From assembly GCF_009914755.1 (NCBI RefSeq), contig NC_060929.1: 64,000 nucleotides of DNA; one strand, written 5' to 3'. Position 1 is the first letter of the stretch, and each line of letters starts with the position of its first letter. The DNA is from the human T2T-CHM13v2.0 reference genome, Homo sapiens. Shown here one piece after another: positions 60,218 through 64,000 of this stretch. The position numbers and the translations under genes were made by a program. The notes beneath the pieces were generated by a model, which worked only from the letters and a program-made list of their open reading frames with translations, did not search any database and had not been told where the DNA came from.

Positions 60218-63200
60218 ATGACAGGCTCAAATTCACACATAACAAGGTTAACCTTAAATGTAAATGGGTTAAAAGCCACAATTAAAAGACACAGACTTGC
60301 AAATTGGATAAAGAGTCAAGACCCATTAGTGGGCTGTATTCGGGAGACCCATCTCACGTGCAAAGTCACACATAGGCTCAAAATAAAACAATGGAGGGAT
60401 ATTTACCAAGAAAACAAAAACAAAAACAAAACAAAACAAGCAAACAAAAAAGCAGGGGTTGCAATCCTAGTCTCTGATAAAACAGACTTTAAACCAACAA
60501 AGATCAAAAGAGACAAAAAAGGGCATTACATAATAGTAAAGGGATCAATGCAAAAAGAAGAGCTAACTATCCTAAATATATATGCACTCAATATAGGAGT
60601 ACCCAGATTCATAAAGCAAGTTCTTAGAGCCCTACAAAGAGACTTAGAATCCCACACAATAATACTGGGAGACTTTAACACCTCACTGTCAATATTAGAT
60701 AGATCAACAAGACAGAAAATTAACAAGGATATTCAGGACGTGAACTCAGCTCTGGACTAAGCAGACCTAATAGACATCTACAGAAAGAATTCTCCACTCC
60801 AAATCAATAGAATATACATTCTTCTCAGCACCACATCATACTTATTCTAAAACTGACCATATAATTGGAAGTAAAACACTCCTTGGCAAATGCAAAAGAA
60901 TGGAAATCATAACGAACACTCTCTCAGACCACAGTGCAATCAAATTAGAACTCAGGATTAAGAAACTCACTCAAAACCGCACAACTACATGGAAACTGAA
61001 CAACCTGCTCCTGAATGACTATTGGGTAAATAACAAAATTAAGGCAGAAATAAATACATTCTTTGAAACCAATGAGAACAAAGACACAATGTACCAGAAT
61101 CTCTGGGACACAGTGAAAGCAGTGTTTAGAGGGAAATTTATAGCACTAAATGCCCACAAGAGAAAGCAGGAAAGATTTAAACTCGACACCCTAACATCAC
61201 AATTAAAAGAACTAGAGAAGCAAGAGCAAACAAATTCAAAAGCTACCAGAAGACAAGAAATAACTAAGATCAGAGCAGAACTGAAGGAGACAGAGACATG
61301 AAAAACCCTTCAAAAAAATCAATGAATCCAGGAGCTGGTTTTTTGAAAAGATCAACAAAATAAATAGACTGCTAGCCAGATTAACAAAGAAGAGAAGTAT
61401 GAAGAATCAAATAGATGCAAGAAAAAATGATAAAGGGGATATCACCACTGATTTCACAGAAATACAAACTACCACCAGAGAATACTATAAACACCTCTAC
61501 ACAAATAACCTAGAAAATATAGAAGAAATGGATAGATTCCTGGACACTTACACCCTCCCAAGTCTAAACCAGGAAGAAGTCAAATCCCTGAATAGATAAA
61601 TAACAAGTTCTGAAATTGAGGCAGTAATTAATAGCCTACCAACCAAAAAAAAAGTCCAGGACCAGATGGATTCACAGCTGAATTCTAGCAGAAGTACAAA
61701 GAGGAGCTGGTACCATTCCTTCTGAAACTATTCGAAACAGTAGAAAAAGAGGGAATCCTCCCTAACTCATTTTATGAGGCCAGCATCATCCTGAGACACA
61801 ACACAGAAAAGAAAACTTCAGGCCAATGTCTCTCATGAACATCGATGCGAAAATCTTCAATAAAATACTGGCAAACCAAACCCAGCAGCACATCAAAAAG
61901 CTTATCCACCACGATGTAGTCTGCTTCATCCCTGGGATGTAAGGCTGGTTCAATAGACGCAAATCAATAAACATAATACATCACATAAACAGAACCAATG
62001 AAAAAAAACCACATGATTATCTCAATAGATGCAGAAAAGGCCTTCGACAAAATTCAACACCCCTTCATGCTAAAAACTCTAAAAAAATTAGGCACTGATG
62101 GAATGTATCTCAAAATAATAAGAGCTATTTATGACAAACAGCCAATACGATACTGAATGTGCAAAACTTGGAAGCATTCCCTTTGAAAACCGCCACAAGA
62201 CAAGGATGCCCTCTCTCACAACTCCTATTCAACACAGTATTGGAAGTTCTGGCCAGGGAGATCAGGCAAGAGAAAGAAATAAAGGTATTCAAATAGGAAG
62301 AGAGGAAGTCAAATTGTCTCTGTTTGCAGATGTCATGATTGTACATTTAGAAAACCCCATCGTTTCAGCCCCGAATCCCCTTAAGCTGATAAGCAACTTC
62401 AGCAAAGTCTCAGGATACAAGATCAATGTGCAAAAATCACAAGCATTCCTATACACCAATAATAGACAAACAAAGAGCCAAACCATGAGTGAATTCCCAT
62501 TCACAATTGCAACTAAGAGAATAAAATACCTAGGAATACAACTGACAAGAGATGTGAAGGACCTCTTCAAGGAGAACTACAAACCACTGCTCAAGGAAAT
62601 AGGAGAGGACACAAACAAATGGAAAAACATTTCATGCTCATGGATAGGAAAAATCAATATGGTGAAAATGGTGATACTGCCCAAAGTAATTTATAGATTC
62701 AATGCTATCCCCATCAAGCTATCACTGACTTTCTTCACATAATTAGAAAAAGCTACTTTAAATTTCATATGGAACCAAAAAAGAGCTCACATAGCCAAGA
62801 CAATCCTAAGCACAAAGAAAAAAGCTGGAGGCATCACGCTACCTGATTTCAAACTATACTATAAGGCTACAGTAACCAAAACAGCACGGTACTGGTACCA
62901 AAACAGATATATTGACCAATGGAACAGAACAGAGGCCTCAGAAATAACACCACACATCTATAACCATCTGATCTTTGACAAAAATGACACAAACAAGCAA
63001 CTGGGAAAGGATACCCTATTTAATAAATGGTATTGGGAAAACTGGCTAGCCATATGCAGAAAACTGAAACTGGACCCCTTCCTTACACCTTACACAAAAA
63101 TTAACTCAAGATGGATTAAAGACTTAAACATAAGACCTAAATCCATAAAAATCCCAGAAGAAAACCTAGGCAATACCATTCAGGACACAGGCATGAACAA

Positions 63201-64000
63201 AGACTTCATGACTAAAACACCGAAAGCAATGGCAACAAAAGTCAAAATTGACAAATGGGATCTAATTAAACTAAAGAGCTTCTGCACAGCAATAGAAACT
63301 ATCATCAGAGTGAACAGGCAACCTACAGAATGGGAGAAAATTTTTGCAATCTATCCATCTGAGAAAGGGCTAATATCCAGAATCTATAAAAACTTAAACA
63401 AATTTACAAGAAAAAAACCATCCCACCAAAAAGTGGGTGAAGGATATGAACAGACACTTCTCAAAAGAAGATATTTATGCAGCCAACAAACATATGGAAA
63501 AAAGCTCATCATAACTGGTCATTAGAGAAATGCAAATCAAAACTACAATGAGATACCATCTCATGCCAGTTAGAATGGCGATCATTAAAAAGTCAGGAAA
63601 CAACAGATGCTGGAGAGGATGTAGAGAAATAGGAACACTTTTACACTGTTGGTGGGAGTGTAAATTAGTTCACCCATTGTGGAAGACAGTGTGGCAATTC
63701 CTCAAGGATCTAGAACCAGAAATACCATTTGACCCAGCAATCTCATTACTGGGTATATACCCAAAGGATTATAAATCATTCTACCAGAAAGACATATGCA
63801 CATGTATGTTTACTGCAGCACTGTTCACAATAGCAAAGACCTGGATCCAACCCAAATGCCCATCAGTGACAGAGTGGATAAAGAAAATGTGGCACATATA
63901 CACTATGGAATACTATGCATCCATAAAAAAGGATGAGTTCATGTCCTTTGCAGGGACATGGATGATGCTGAAAACCATAATTCTCAGGAAACTAACACAA
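60218..64000 (+). pseudogene. L1 ORF2p remnant (endonuclease/reverse transcriptase, disrupted)
   Basis: MTGSNSHIT..., [25 protein letters not shown] (FADD mutated), IKYLGIQLT; multiple stops and frameshifts (e.g. 60758, 61299). Confidence 0.95.

Larger units (their letters stand above)
57869..64000 (+). mobile_element. Near-full-length inactivated L1PA (L1PA7-like) LINE-1, running off the window end
   Basis: 5'UTR (ctcccagtgagatcaatgcagaaggtgggcgatttctgcatttccaact), ORF1 and ORF2 remnants; subfamily tentative. Confidence 0.96.

Noticed and set aside
57869-64000. Retrotransposition-competent L1
   Set aside because: Multiple stops and frameshifts in ORF1 and ORF2, the RT FADD motif altered to FADV, and a missing 5' tip.

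Overview
Primate, very probably human or great-ape, AT-rich non-coding DNA (intronic or intergenic). I see no intact host protein-coding exon chain, CpG island or structural RNA gene. Main contents: (1) a nearly full-length, young processed NPM1 pseudogene on the - strand (~50573-51881), with poly(A), perfect target-site duplication (TSD), one frameshift and one nonsense codon; (2) a near-full-length, inactivated L1PA element (L1PA7-like) on the + strand from ~57869 past the window end, fused at its 5' end to an Alu fragment and still carrying an open antisense ORF0-like frame; (3) about 25 Alus, MaLR and MER21-like LTRs, MER30, and many old L1M, L2 and MIR relics; (4) a repeat-poor stretch (~41-46.5 kb, plus ~33.7-34.2 kb) with motif-dense, enhancer-like blocks. 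Almost all ORFs in the supplied track are Alu-, L1- or low-complexity artefacts. I cannot support a wholly new biological system. The most testable novel hypothesis is an L1 antisense-promoter ORF0 transcript splicing in frame into a cryptic exon just outside the L1. There are also several clear template-switch or duplication scars. Repeat subfamily calls are by eye, and boundaries of old repeats are approximate.
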